DNA from: a virus
DNA length: 64,000 bases
Reading direction: 5' to 3' (one strand)
Virus record (IMG/VR): IMGVR_UViG_3300034105_002232
Shown: positions 1-10,601 of the stretch, piece after piece
Numbering within the stretch: position 1 is the first letter of the stretch
Layout: every line of letters starts with the position of its first letter
Position numbers and translations under genes: made by a program
The notes under the pieces: generated by a model
Databases searched by the model: none
Told to the model about the DNA's origin: nothing
What the model saw: only the letters and a program-made list of their open reading frames with translations

Positions 1-2
1 TG

Positions 3-3000
3 AGTGATGATGGGCGATTCCTGTATGTTGGATCACCAGGTAACGAAACAGTGTATTGCTATGCTCTTGCTGCTCCAAGAGATACGTATATAACAACTTT
101 TACCGGTGATGGCGTACACGACGAATTCACACTAGCAACTCCGGTGTTGTTGGCAGACGAAATTGTAGTTATTGACACGTTGACAGGAATTGAATACGTA
201 CCCAATGTGGAGTATTCAATTGCACAATTTACAACTGGTATTAATAATTTTGGATATGGGTTTACTATACCAGGTACAATTGTTACTGCAGGATCTTTTG
301 TGCCTGGCAGCACGTATACCATCATCAATACCGGCAGCGGATCAACTAATTTTACTTTAATTGGTGCGCTTAATAATACAGCAGGTACAGTGTTTGAAGC
401 CACCGGAATTGGGGCCGGTACTGGCACAGCAATGCTAGAAGTGTCGCTGGGTAATTTCTATAACATAGATGCCACTGGTGGCTCAGGTACCGGGGCAACC
501 TTCAATGTCACAGTTGGTGTTGACGGTCCTGGCGTAACATCTCTTCTTACTGAGGGTCAGATTTATAAAATTGCAGTGGCCGGAACAACTGATTGGGTAG
601 CGCTAGGAGCACCGGACAACAATCCTGGCACACAATTCGTAGCATTGGGAACAGGAAGCACTCAAATAACCACAACTGGAACAGCATATTATATTGAAGT
701 TGCGGTGTCAACTGCTGGTGACAGTTACGTAGTAGCCGATACGCCAACGGTGCCAGGCACATCATTTGGAGCCACTGGAGCAAATGATATTACAATAACT
801 GTTGGTGGAGTAGGCGCCGGTAGTAATATTGTATTTGTAACGGCGCCAACGGCCACTGATAAATTTTCTATTAACCAATTACAGTATCATTATAAACTAA
901 TTGACACTTTGGTAACCAACACCGCAGGTAATAACTTTGGATGTTCGTTGGCCTGCAACGAAGATGGTAGCATTATTGCTGTTGGAGCAAACACAGAAAC
1001 AGTGGACGGAAATACCAGATCCGGCGCATTATACACATACCACAGAACCAAGCAAGATTTTATTACCAATGGTATATCGTCAACTTATACGGCGGCTGAT
1101 CCTTTTAACACTATACGTAGAATCAGCTTGGATGGCGTGACGTTGACAGAAGGAACAGACTTTTATATTGTGGCCACGTCGGTTCAGTTCACATCATTCA
1201 GTGTGCCAGGAAAATCTCGATTGCTGACAATAGAAACCAATCAATTCAAGTTTGATCAAAAAATATCCGGGCTAGCTGGTATAGACCATACTATGGGCAC
1301 GGCTATTAGCATGTGCGCAACCGGGTGTAACATTATTGCGTCAGTGCCTTATTATGCTGAATCAAACTACCAAAAAGGTGCGGTTGCTAGATTTGTCAAT
1401 TTGGGTAGAGTGTACGGGATAATAGATGGTACGGTACAAAATCCAACAGTCAATCCTGGAGATAGCATTGTACTGAACAACAGGTATATATCATTTATTG
1501 GCACCAGCTTACAATCGGTGGTTGACACAATCAATCTAGAAAATATTCCGGGTATTATTGCTAGTATAATTGATGACAAACTGCACATAACAAGTTCTGT
1601 TGTCACAGTGGGACAAAAATTAGATATCCGTACCGGAACAGGCACAGCATTTGATGATCTGGGAATCAGCATATACAAATTAAGTCAGACACTAAAACAC
1701 ACTTATTCAATTGGTGAACAATTTGGAACAGCCATCAGTCTCAGGAAAGATGCGGCAGTTTTGGGGGTAACCAGTGACGGCGCAGACATTTATATTCCTG
1801 TTTTGGTAGATGATGGAATTACCACGTTTGACGGAAACAGTACAGTATTTGTTACAATAATCAAAGAATCAGGAGCTGTTTATGTGTTTGACCTGATGGA
1901 TAACCCTTACCAGTCTGCAGAAAATCCTTCTTTGTTTACATTGACTCAGACTCTAATTGGTCCTAATATTGCATCAGGATTTAATTTTGGTAAAAGCATT
2001 GGTATAAGCACTGATTTCATGGTAGTTGGTGCAACCAATGATGCAGCCTTGGTGACCGAAGGCGGTAGCCTTTACACATATCTAAATGCGCTAGCACAAT
2101 CAGGCTGGAACCTAATTAGATACAAAGAGCCAAGAGTAGATGTAGCGTCAATTAACGCATCGTTCTTGTACAATTCATCTACCAATATTATTGCCAATCA
2201 TTTTGATTATCTAGATCCAGTTAAAGGAAAGTTACTGGGCATAGTAGATCAAGAAATTGATTACAGAGAGGATTTTGATCCTGCGTCATACAATTATACT
2301 ACCACACAACAGGTAATAAACAATTCTGGATTCTATTGGAATTCGAGACACGTGGGGCGTACCTGGTGGAATCTAGGTGAAGCCAGATTTATTGACTATG
2401 AGCAAGGATCATTGACTTACCGAACAAAAAATTGGGGATCTTTATTTCCTGGTAGTCAAATACAAATCTATGAGTGGGTAGAAAGCAATGTACTACCCAG
2501 TCAGTATGAAGCAAATGGAAACGACGGTGTTCCCAAGTATCTAGACAACAGTGCATACTCTGTGGTATCAACCGTGGATCCTTCTACTGGAATTATAACA
2601 CAGAAGTACTATTATTGGGTTAGAGGAAAAACATCAGTCAACACACTAGAGGCCAAGCGGTCGTTAAGCATAACTTCTATGGAAAGTTATATATTAGCAC
2701 CACGAGACCAGGGTATTCCTTATATTGCACCAATAGCACCAGACAGTTTTGCAATTTACAACGTACTTGAATTTTTACAAGGTGACAATGCTATTCTGCA
2801 CCTGGATCTGGCCAAAGACAAAAGCGAAAATTTAATACACAGTGAATTTCAGCTGATTCAAGAAGGGAATCCTGGCCAGCGTTTTCCAGAAAAAATAATT
2901 AGAAAATTACGAGAAAGTCTGGTAGGATTTGACACACTGGGCTCTACTGTGCCTAATCAAAATTTATCTGTTCAAGACAGGTTGGGTTTGTCTGACAAAC

Positions 3001-6000
3001 CAAGACAGTCAATGTTCTCTAATAGACTGGCAGCAGTTGAAACATTTGTTAAAACAGTCAACGCTCTGTTGGTGCAAAACCCAATTCTGCTGTTGACTTC
3101 TCCGTCAACTTTATATCTGGCAGATCCGGTTCCTACCACGGGATTTGATGCACAATTAGATTCCCCACTGGAATTGAGCTACATAGATCCTGACACATTT
3201 GGAGATGGCTACCGGGTATTGATACCCAACAATGCAGAATATGATAATAAATGGACCATATACCAGTTTGAATCAGACACACAAGAATTTACAATTCAAG
3301 TAATTCAAAGTTACCAAACTTCATTATACTGGACTGCGTCTGACTGGTACAATGAATCTTATGATGCCGGAAGTAGGATGAATTATATTGTGGGCACATA
3401 TGGTGATATTTTATCATTGAGTGTGATCACCGGCGACTATATAAAAGTTTTAGATAACGGAAATGGTCAATGGTTAATTTACCAAGTACAAGCTGATGGT
3501 TCGTTGCAATTACAAGCAGCACAAAATGCAACTATTCAAATTGACTCCAGTGTTTACGACCCGTCGGCTGGTGCAGGATTTGACACATCAGTTTTTGAAA
3601 AATCAGGAATTGGATTTGATCCTCAGGTTGGTTTAGAATTAGTTAATATTTTTAATAGTCTTTACGAAGAAATATTGATCAAAGATCTAAGTATACAGTT
3701 CAACCAGGTATTTTTCTCTATGGTGAATTATATATTCTTTGAACAAAAATCGCCAGACTGGATCTTCAAGACCAGCTTCATTGATATCTACCATCAATTG
3801 AGGAATTTAGAACAGATACCAAATTATGTCAAAGACAATCAGAGCTTTTACGAGGATTACATCAACGAGATTAAACCTTACAGAACTAAAATTAGAGAAT
3901 ATGTGCCCATATACGAAAGCATAGACACGTCACCTCAGTCCTGGACTGATTTTGATTTACCTAGCAGATATAATACTACTACAAATACATTTAATTCGCC
4001 TGATGTTGATAATCCTGCAGATCTTGCATTGCTGCAGCAAACTCCTTATGCAGAATGGTATAACAATTATACCTTGCAAGTGGCAGATTACATAATTGGC
4101 AATGCTGGAGTTGGATTCACAGTTGTGCCCAATGTACAAATTACCGGCGGTGGCGGCACTGGTGCAAATGCAATTGCAACAATTAATCCTACTACCGGAA
4201 AGTTAACTGGTATCACTGTGATTGCTCCGGGTGATGGGTATACCTCGACCCCAACTGTGTATATAAATGGAGTAGGATCAGGCGCAATAGTGTACCCTTC
4301 AATGAAGAATGAATACTATGCAACGTCTCCAAATCTGAGCTATAGTTTGACTAGAAGCATCACCACCAGTTTAAAATTTGATAGAACAGAGTTCACTAGT
4401 AATCTAGTTACTTGGCAACAATACACCACGTATGCAAATACTGTAATTTCCGGAACAGGTAGCAATATATGGGTTTCAAGCGGTAACATTGTAATTTACA
4501 ACAACGAAGCGTTCCTGGCCCAACTGGCGTGGGATCAAGGCGATCGTGGTATATTTGATTACACACTGTTTAATAAAATAGATTCAAGTAACGTGTTACT
4601 TCGTGCCACAGACAGAATAGAAACTTATTATCAACCAGTTACTGGTATGCCAAGCCGCCGACTGTCAGAATTGATTTACGGAATTGATTATCCAGGCGTT
4701 GAAGTTGTTGGTCCAATCTTTACAGCCAATAGTTTTGAAATTACTAGTAACATAATTAGCTTTAACTATACTGGAGCCAACATAACCAGTGCTAATACGC
4801 AACAGGTTAATTTTATTGACCTAGGGTTTGAGCTTGATCAGTCTATCAAAATACAATCATTTGTACCGTTTGACTTTATGAACAATGGATTCTTTAAGAT
4901 TGTCACTGTTGAACGAGATTACATGACTCTGACAAGCGGTGAAGTACCAATTGAAACAACATATAAATTGACTGCCAACACTGGTCTGACAGTCAATGCT
5001 GGGGACGTAATAACGCAATGGGATTATAGCAGCGGTCACGCAGCAGCAGCCAGTGCATATGTATTACAAGATGCTGTTAACTCAACATCAATTGATATTA
5101 TACATAGCCATACAGGGTTTAATTTAACATCGGCCAACGTTATTCAAGTTAACGGGGCAAACACAGTCAGTTATATTCAATCAATTGTGGCTGGCGGTAT
5201 GGCCAACGTAAAAATTAGCTATTTAGAGTTAGAAACTTCTGTTATTGATTCTAATATCTACAGCACATATCTTGACACAGCTTTGGGGACCAGACCAGAG
5301 GACATCAATGTCACCGGTGGTGCTTATGTGGATGCATACAGCAGTCATGCTCCTGAGGAATTGGTACCTGGCAGATTGTACGACACGTTAGAAATGCGGG
5401 TGTTTACTAATACCGTTGCAAATAGTGCCACATACGGCTTCAGAGTTTTTCATCCAATGAATGACTTTAACCAGCTGCTTCCAAACGTTCCAAGTGGAAA
5501 TATTTCGTTTACCAGAATAAGTTCCAATAGTTCAACCAGCTTGTCTTCAAATTTAGCAGTGTCAGACACGGTAATCTATGTGACTGATGCCTCGGTGCTA
5601 GAAGAGCCGTCACCTATAGAAACTGTACCGGGTACGGTTTTTATCAATGGTGAAAAAATCCATTATTATCAGAAATATGATGATGCAAAAATAGCAATGG
5701 CCACAATGTGGGAAGCCAATACAGCCTACGCAACAGGAACACTGATATCTAATATTGGCAGTAACGTTTATCTGGTATTGGGTAATGTTTATGCAAACGC
5801 AACAGGGTATATCAGCAATTCAAATATACAATTGGTGCAAACAAACTCAATAACTCAATTGCGTAGAGGAGTTGACGGTACAGGGGCACCTGGGTTGCAC
5901 GCCGCAGGCACTTTGGTGGTCAGTGCTAGCCTAGATCAATTTATTCCAAATGCAGCCGTTACTATAGTAAAAACAACATTTAATTCTAACGTAACATCAA

Positions 6001-6605
6001 ATGTAAGCTATCGGTTAACACTAGGATCAAACATAACTGCAAACATTGGTGATTATATTACTCAAGCCAATAATGCTTCTGCCAACGCTCGGATCATTGG
6101 CGGCACTGTTGATGCATATAGATTGTACCTGTCCTCCAACATTACAACATCTGTGGGCAACGTGTTAACTCAAGCAGGCACATTAGCAAATGCCACAGTG
6201 GTGGCTGCAGTCAATGACTCCAATGAAATTTTTGTTACCCCCAATGACGGGTTTACAATCTCAGGTGATGCAATTTCTATTAGTGGTAACGTGACAGGAA
6301 CAACTATACAGCAGATTGTAAAAGATGTCATAATTAACGACACTATTTTTGCAATTGAACGGGTATCGGGTAATTTACTAGTACCTAATGCAAATGTAAT
6401 TTCAATCAATGGTGTTACAACTACAGCAAATACTAGCACTATTTCAATTCTGGGTGAAGTTAGAGCAAACGGGAATGTAATATTAGGCAGCGTGTACATA
6501 CAGCAATCAAATCTTTGGATCCCGTACGGAACAGGCGCAGGATTAGAAAATAGTACTACAGCAGCAGCAACATTTATTAAAGCGGAGCCTAGTTATACAC
6601 CATGA
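3..6605 (+). CDS. Very large virion structural protein (baseplate wedge/tail-associated) with FG-GAP-like repeats; 5' end lies outside the window
   Basis: Frame is open from nt 3 (SDDGRFLYVGSPG...) through the listed 51..6605 ORF. It has FG-GAP-like motifs (NNFGCSLA..DGSIIAVGA, EQFGTAISL, FNFGKSIGIS..FMVVGA), G/T/N-rich beta-repeat segments and YINEIKPYRTKIRE, and is followed by fibre genes. Confidence 0.75.
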   Translation, partial: SDDGRFLYVGSPGNETVYCYALAAPRDTYITTFTGDGVHDEFTLATPVLLADEIVVIDTLTGIEYVPNVEYSIAQFTTGINNFGYGFTIPGTIVTAGSFVPGSTYTIINTGSGSTNFTLIGALNNTAGTVFEATGIGAGTGTAMLEVSLGNFYNIDATGGSGTGATFNVTVGVDGPGVTSLLTEGQIYKIAVAGTTDWVALGAPDNNPGTQFVALGTGSTQITTTGTAYYIEVAVSTAGDSYVVADTPTVPGTSFGATGANDITITVGGVGAGSNIVFVTAPTATDKFSINQLQYHYKLIDTLVTNTAGNNFGCSLACNEDGSIIAVGANTETVDGNTRSGALYTYHRTKQDFITNGISSTYTAADPFNTIRRISLDGVTLTEGTDFYIVATSVQFTSFSVPGKSRLLTIETNQFKFDQKISGLAGIDHTMGTAISMCATGCNIIASVPYYAESNYQKGAVARFVNLGRVYGIIDGTVQNPTVNPGDSIVLNNRYISFIGTSLQSVVDTINLENIPGIIASIIDDKLHITSSVVTVGQKLDIRTGTGTAFDDLGISIYKLSQTLKHTYSIGEQFGTAISLRKDAAVLGVTSDGADIYIPVLVDDGITTFDGNSTVFVTIIKESGAVYVFDLMDNPYQSAENPSLFTLTQTLIGPNIASGFNFGKSIGISTDFMVVGATNDAALVTEGGSLYTYLNALAQSGWNLIRYKEPRVDVASINASFLYNSSTNIIANHFDYLDPVKGKLLGIVDQEIDYREDFDPASYNYTTTQQVINNSGFYWNSRHVGRTWWNLGEARFIDYEQGSLTYRTKNWGSLFPGSQIQIYEWVESNVLPSQYEANGNDGVPKYLDNSAYSVVSTVDPSTGIITQKYYYWVRGKTSVNTLEAKRSLSITSMESYILAPRDQGIPYIAPIAPDSFAIYNVLEFLQGDNAILHLDLAKDKSENLIHSEFQLIQEGNPGQRFPEKIIRKLRESLVGFDTLGSTVPNQNLSVQDRLGLSDKPRQSMFSNRLAAVETFVKTVNALLVQNPILLLTSPSTLYLADPVPTTGFDAQLDSPLELSYIDPDTFGDGYRVLIPNNAEYDNKWTIYQFESDTQEFTIQVIQSYQTSLYWTASDWYNESYDAGSRMNYIVGTYGDILSLSVITGDYIKVLDNGNGQWLIYQVQADGSLQLQAAQNATIQIDSSVYDPSAGAGFDTSVFEKSGIGFDPQVGLELVNIFNSLYEEILIKDLSIQFNQVFFSMVNYIFFEQKSPDWIFKTSFIDIYHQLRNLEQIPNYVKDNQSFYEDYINEIKPYRTKIREYVPIYESIDTSPQSWTDFDLPSRYNTTTNTFNSPDVDNPADLALLQQTPYAEWYNNYTLQVADYIIGNAGVGFTVVPNVQITGGGGTGANAIATINPTTGKLTGITVIAPGDGYTSTPTVYINGVGSGAIVYPSMKNEYYATSPNLSYSLTRSITTSLKFDRTEFTSNLVTWQQYTTYANTVISGTGSNIWVSSGNIVIYNNEAFLAQLAWDQGDRGIFDYTLFNKIDSSNVLLRATDRIETYYQPVTGMPSRRLSELIYGIDYPGVEVVGPIFTANSFEITSNIISFNYTGANITSANTQQVNFIDLGFELDQSIKIQSFVPFDFMNNGFFKIVTVERDYMTLTSGEVPIETTYKLTANTGLTVNAGDVITQWDYSSGHAAAASAYVLQDAVNSTSIDIIHSHTGFNLTSANVIQVNGANTVSYIQSIVAGGMANVKISYLELETSVIDSNIYSTYLDTALGTRPEDINVTGGAYVDAYSSHAPEELVPGRLYDTLEMRVFTNTVANSATYGFRVFHPMNDFNQLLPNVPSGNISFTRISSNSSTSLSSNLAVSDTVIYVTDASVLEEPSPIETVPGTVFINGEKIHYYQKYDDAKIAMATMWEANTAYATGTLISNIGSNVYLVLGNVYANATGYISNSNIQLVQTNSITQLRRGVDGTGAPGLHAAGTLVVSASLDQFIPNAAVTIVKTTFNSNVTSNVSYRLTLGSNITANIGDYITQANNASANARIIGGTVDAYRLYLSSNITTSVGNVLTQAGTLANATVVAAVNDSNEIFVTPNDGFTISGDAISISGNVTGTTIQQIVKDVIINDTIFAIERVSGNLLVPNANVISINGVTTTANTSTISILGEVRANGNVILGSVYIQQSNLWIPYGTGAGLENSTTAAATFIKAEPSYTP

Positions 6606-7300
6606 CAACACCCCAGATAAATAATAATATGGACAAAAATATGGAACAAACACAAGTTAGCGTAACAGAGCAAGTGCCCAACGAAACCGGCGGCATGGTA
6701 ATACAAGGGCATATAAAGATCTTTGACCCAGAATCTGGCGAAGTTTATATTGATAAACGAAATGCTATTCATTATGAAAATTTGTCTGAATCCATTGCAT
6801 ATACACTAGCAAACAAAGGGCAAAGTTACATATACGAAATGCACTTTGGGAACGGTGGTACCAGCATTGATCCAACTGGTATTATAAATTATCTACCTTC
6901 AAACACAAACACCAGCAACAGTAATTTATACAATCCAACTTTTGCAAAAATTGTTGATGATACTAGTACTCTAAACGCAGATCCTACCCGAAACAAGATT
7001 GAAATCCGACATACTCCGGGCAGAGTTTATTCAGATATTGTAATAAGTTGTCTACTAGATTATGGAGAGCCCAGTGGTCAAGCAGCATTTGACAACTCCA
7101 CAACATTGAACGAAACATATACCTTTGATGAGTTGGGATTAAAAGCACGCAGCACTGATGGTAGTTCTGGACTGACTACTACTGGAAAACTTTTAACACA
7201 CGTGGTGTTTCATCCAGTACAAAAAAGTTTAAATAGACTTATTCAAATTGATTACACTGTACGAATTCAAACTCTGACCAATTTAAGTAGTATAGGATAG
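6602..7300 (+). CDS. Putative baseplate/tail structural protein (start may be ATG 6629)
   Basis: 232-aa ORF with ATGA overlap to the upstream gene; motifs GHIKIFD..KRNAIH, FGNGGT, FDELGL, LLTHVVFHPVQKS; lies within the structural operon. Confidence 0.65.
   Translation: MTTPQINNNMDKNMEQTQVSVTEQVPNETGGMVIQGHIKIFDPESGEVYIDKRNAIHYENLSESIAYTLANKGQSYIYEMHFGNGGTSIDPTGIINYLPSNTNTSNSNLYNPTFAKIVDDTSTLNADPTRNKIEIRHTPGRVYSDIVISCLLDYGEPSGQAAFDNSTTLNETYTFDELGLKARSTDGSSGLTTTGKLLTHVVFHPVQKSLNRLIQIDYTVRIQTLTNLSSIG
6617..6623 (+). promoter_or_regulatory. Candidate late-promoter box ATAAATA (T4 gp55-like TATAAATA variant)
   Basis: ATAAATA 5 nt before ATG 6629; same motif at 9071-9077 upstream of the next fibre gene. 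Confidence 0.35.
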
Positions 7301-7304
7301 TACA

Positions 7305-9017
7305 ATGGCATATATTATCAGTAAATCCAACGGAACAGCTATTACGGTATTAGATGGCACCAAAGACACTACTAGTACCAGCATAACTCTGCTTGGCAGA
7401 CTGTCTCAAAATTACGGTGATCAAACAAACGAGAATTTCCTACATATACTAGAAAATTTTGCGCTTACCACCAGCCCAGCAAACCCAATAGCAGGTCAGT
7501 TGTGGTATGATACTGGGTTGGACAACATAAAAGTCTACACAGGAACAAACTGGATAATAGTAGGCAGCAATATACAAGGAAACGTTGCACTAACTGGTAA
7601 TTTATTTGTTGGGCCAAATAGCTTTCAAATACAAGATCTTGGCAATGTTACAATGACTAACAGTGTCAACAATGGCAATATTAGTTTTTATGCCAATGTT
7701 GCTGGTACTAACACACAAACACTTTATATCAACGGTAGCACAGGACTGTTAGAAATTGCCGGTAATGCCGTTGCAGATTTTGGGATACCAACCAAAGTTT
7801 ATGTTGACTCTCTGCTTGATCAAATCACTGCATCCCTGGATTCCACATACACTGCTAATATTGCTGCTATCAATGCAAATTTAGTAGTCAGAACACAAAC
7901 AGACAACGAGCTTCTAAACAAAATTACTGCAGCAAATGCTGAAATTCTTAATAGAGCAACAGTATCCAGTGTTAATTTAATTAACAGTGATCTGAGTTCG
8001 GCTATCACATCTAATCTTACTGTAGCTCTTAACACAATAACTGCTGCAAATGCATCCATGGTATCAGCCAACCTGGATATGAAAAATTATGTTGATGCAA
8101 TTACCAGCGCAAACAATATTTCGCAGCAAAATCAACTTGGTTCTAAAGCGCCAATTAGTAGTCCAACATTCACCGGAACTCCTACTGCTCCTACTCCCGC
8201 TGTGTCGGATAACTCCACCAGAATAGCTACAACAGCGTTTGTGTATAGCCTTGCTAGTTCACTAACAGGCCAGCAAGGTCTTACTGGTGCCACAGGCACC
8301 ACAGGCCCAGCAGGTGCTAGAGGTCCAACCGGACTCACTGGTCCTCCTGGGTCACCTGGTGCTACTGGGCCGCAAGGCCCGGCAGGTGCAAGTGGTTTGG
8401 TTGGTGGATCTGATGGCCAGGTGTTGTATAATAATTCTGGCGTCGCTAGTGGTAGTACCAACCTAAGTTTTGATGGCACTACACTTCGTCCAGCTGGTAT
8501 ACTAACAGCAAACTACAATTTTGCTACGTACACCTCTTGGGCTTATCGAGCCTCAGATACCACAGTGAGTCTTTTGGTTGGGACTGCAATTAACCCGCCA
8601 GAACGATTCTACGTGAATCCGCTAGGTGCAGGATTTAACTTGTCATCAGTAAGTAAAATTGGTGGCGGAACATTTGGGTCTTACTCTGATGCCAGATACA
8701 AACAAGATATTACCAATTACACAGCTGGCCTAGCTGAAATAAATCAACTGGTTCCAAAAAACTACAGATACACTGCCGAATTCATGCAGGCAGACAACCC
8801 GTCGCAAGAATTTGTTGGACTGATTGCACAAGAGCTAGAAACTACTGATTTTGCAAACTCAGTGACTGAGGATGCCATGGGGTATAAAATGGTTGATACC
8901 AATCAGATTATATACGCACTGATAAACTCAGTTAAAGAACTTAGTACCAAAGTTGATGAGATGACAGAAGAAATAGCAGTGCTAAAAGCCAAGGTCTTCT
9001 TTGGGTTGAACATTTAA
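7305..9017 (+). CDS. Tail fibre protein with collagen-like repeat and C-terminal intramolecular chaperone (peptidase S74-like)
   Basis: N-terminal ENFA...P..GQLWYD module, coiled coil, SPTFTGTPTAPT fibre motif, 15 Gly-X-Y triplets, then YSDARYKQDI...VGLIAQEL...coiled coil typical of S74 chaperones. Confidence 0.85.
   Translation: MAYIISKSNGTAITVLDGTKDTTSTSITLLGRLSQNYGDQTNENFLHILENFALTTSPANPIAGQLWYDTGLDNIKVYTGTNWIIVGSNIQGNVALTGNLFVGPNSFQIQDLGNVTMTNSVNNGNISFYANVAGTNTQTLYINGSTGLLEIAGNAVADFGIPTKVYVDSLLDQITASLDSTYTANIAAINANLVVRTQTDNELLNKITAANAEILNRATVSSVNLINSDLSSAITSNLTVALNTITAANASMVSANLDMKNYVDAITSANNISQQNQLGSKAPISSPTFTGTPTAPTPAVSDNSTRIATTAFVYSLASSLTGQQGLTGATGTTGPAGARGPTGLTGPPGSPGATGPQGPAGASGLVGGSDGQVLYNNSGVASGSTNLSFDGTTLRPAGILTANYNFATYTSWAYRASDTTVSLLVGTAINPPERFYVNPLGAGFNLSSVSKIGGGTFGSYSDARYKQDITNYTAGLAEINQLVPKNYRYTAEFMQADNPSQEFVGLIAQELETTDFANSVTEDAMGYKMVDTNQIIYALINSVKELSTKVDEMTEEIAVLKAKVFFGLNI
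8268..8402 (+). repeat. Collagen-like (Gly-X-Y)15 repeat
   Basis: GQQGLTGATGTTGPAGARGPTGLTGPPGSPGATGPQGPAGASGLV. Confidence 0.9.
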
Positions 9018-9070
9018 CAGTGGTTGGGATTTGCACATTGTTGCATAATGAAAACATAAAAAAACACAGC

Positions 9071-9077
9071 ATAAATA
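9071..9077 (+). promoter_or_regulatory. Candidate late-promoter box ATAAATA
   Basis: Intergenic; followed by SD GGAGA and ATG 9100. Confidence 0.4.
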
Positions 9078-9099
9078 ATGCAGTTGGAGAACATAAAAA

Positions 9100-10587
9100 A
9101 TGGCTTATAATATAAATTTATCAAACGGTACCGCACTTATCACTGGTGGTTTGACTGATGGTACAATTGATACAACAAATTCAAGTTTGACTCTGGTAGG
9201 TAAAAATTACCCCGGATACGGTGTATTTTTAAATCAAAACATGGTACAGTTGATGGAAAACTTTGCCAAGTCATCAGCACCAACTGCCCCTTTACCAGGC
9301 CAGTTATGGTGGGATACTGGGGGAAAATACATAAAAGTTAACACCGCCACAGCCAAAGGAACAGCATCTGCTGCCTGGAAAACTATAATCACAATGACGC
9401 CAAGCAGTAGTGCTCCTAGCAGTCCGGTAACCGGCGAGCAATGGTGGGATACAGTCAATTTACAACTAAAAGTTTGGAATGGCACATCTTGGGCAATTAT
9501 TGGTCCAGCAGGTACTAGTACCACTGGTAACACTGGTGCAGTGCCTGATACCATTGTTTCAGCAAGCCCTGCAGCCACGTATGTTGTGTTAAAATTCTAT
9601 ATTGATAACACTTTGGTTGGTATTTGGAGCAAAGAGGCCAGCTTTACTACAGCGACCGCTGGCTTTGCAGTTATTAATCGCGGCTTAAATTTAAGCACCG
9701 CACTAAATCAGGCTTTTTACGGCAATGCAGATGTAGCAAACAGTTTAAATGTGTCCGGAGTTGGCATTCCAGCAGCAAGTTTCTTGCGTAACGACCAGTC
9801 CGGAGTAGTGAATGGATCAGTTACCTTTACAAACGACACTGGTATTAAATTTGGAGCAGACAGCGATTTTGAGGGCTTTGTCAGCAGCAGTGATGTAACA
9901 CTACGAAATGTAACCAATAATGGTAATTTAATTTTAAGCGTTAAATCAGCAACAGTTAACACTCCGTTCCTTAAAGGTAACGCAACGTCGGGTCTAGCAG
10001 AAGCATATGCTAATCCTACAGGAGCATCTAGTGGATACAGCTTTGCCACCAAAGACTATGTGGATACTGTACTAGGTGGTGGAACAGGAACTAGTACATT
10101 TGCTGCCAACATTGTACCTAGTGCAAACTTGTCGTATAACCTAGGATCAAGTGTCAGCTGGTGGAACAATATATACGGTGTTTCAATTCAAGCCAAATAC
10201 GCTGACTTGGCCGAAAGATTTGAAGCAGATCAACCATATACCCCAGGCACCATTGTTGGTCTTGGCGGTGTCAAAGAAATCACCGTGGTAAACGAAGAAT
10301 TAAGCGAAGATGTGTTTGGCGTCATAAGTACACGAGCAGCATATCTAATGAATTCCGCAGCAGGATCAGATTTAACTCACCCACCAGTTGCAGTCCAAGG
10401 TCGCGTACCAGTTAAAGTAATAGGTAAAATTCGTAAAGGTGATCGATTGGTTGCTGCAGGCAACGGTCTAGCTAGAGCCGCTGCCAAAACTGAATTGACC
10501 CCATGGAATGTGATTGGTAGAGCACTAGAGAACAAAACTGACCCAGGCGAAGGCACCATCGAAGCCATTGTGAAATTAAATAGTTAA
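9100..10587 (+). CDS. Tail fibre/spike protein with C-terminal autoproteolytic chaperone (Peptidase_G2-like)
   Basis: N-terminus paralogous to the 7305 ORF (MAY.I..SNGT..DGT.DTT..S.TL.G..Y...N.N...ENFA..P..GQLW.DT); C-terminal YADLAERF..D...G.V...GRVPVKV.G.I.KGDRLV. Confidence 0.8.
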   Translation: MAYNINLSNGTALITGGLTDGTIDTTNSSLTLVGKNYPGYGVFLNQNMVQLMENFAKSSAPTAPLPGQLWWDTGGKYIKVNTATAKGTASAAWKTIITMTPSSSAPSSPVTGEQWWDTVNLQLKVWNGTSWAIIGPAGTSTTGNTGAVPDTIVSASPAATYVVLKFYIDNTLVGIWSKEASFTTATAGFAVINRGLNLSTALNQAFYGNADVANSLNVSGVGIPAASFLRNDQSGVVNGSVTFTNDTGIKFGADSDFEGFVSSSDVTLRNVTNNGNLILSVKSATVNTPFLKGNATSGLAEAYANPTGASSGYSFATKDYVDTVLGGGTGTSTFAANIVPSANLSYNLGSSVSWWNNIYGVSIQAKYADLAERFEADQPYTPGTIVGLGGVKEITVVNEELSEDVFGVISTRAAYLMNSAAGSDLTHPPVAVQGRVPVKVIGKIRKGDRLVAAGNGLARAAAKTELTPWNVIGRALENKTDPGEGTIEAIVKLNS

Positions 10588-10601
10588 TAAGGATACTGAG
10601 T

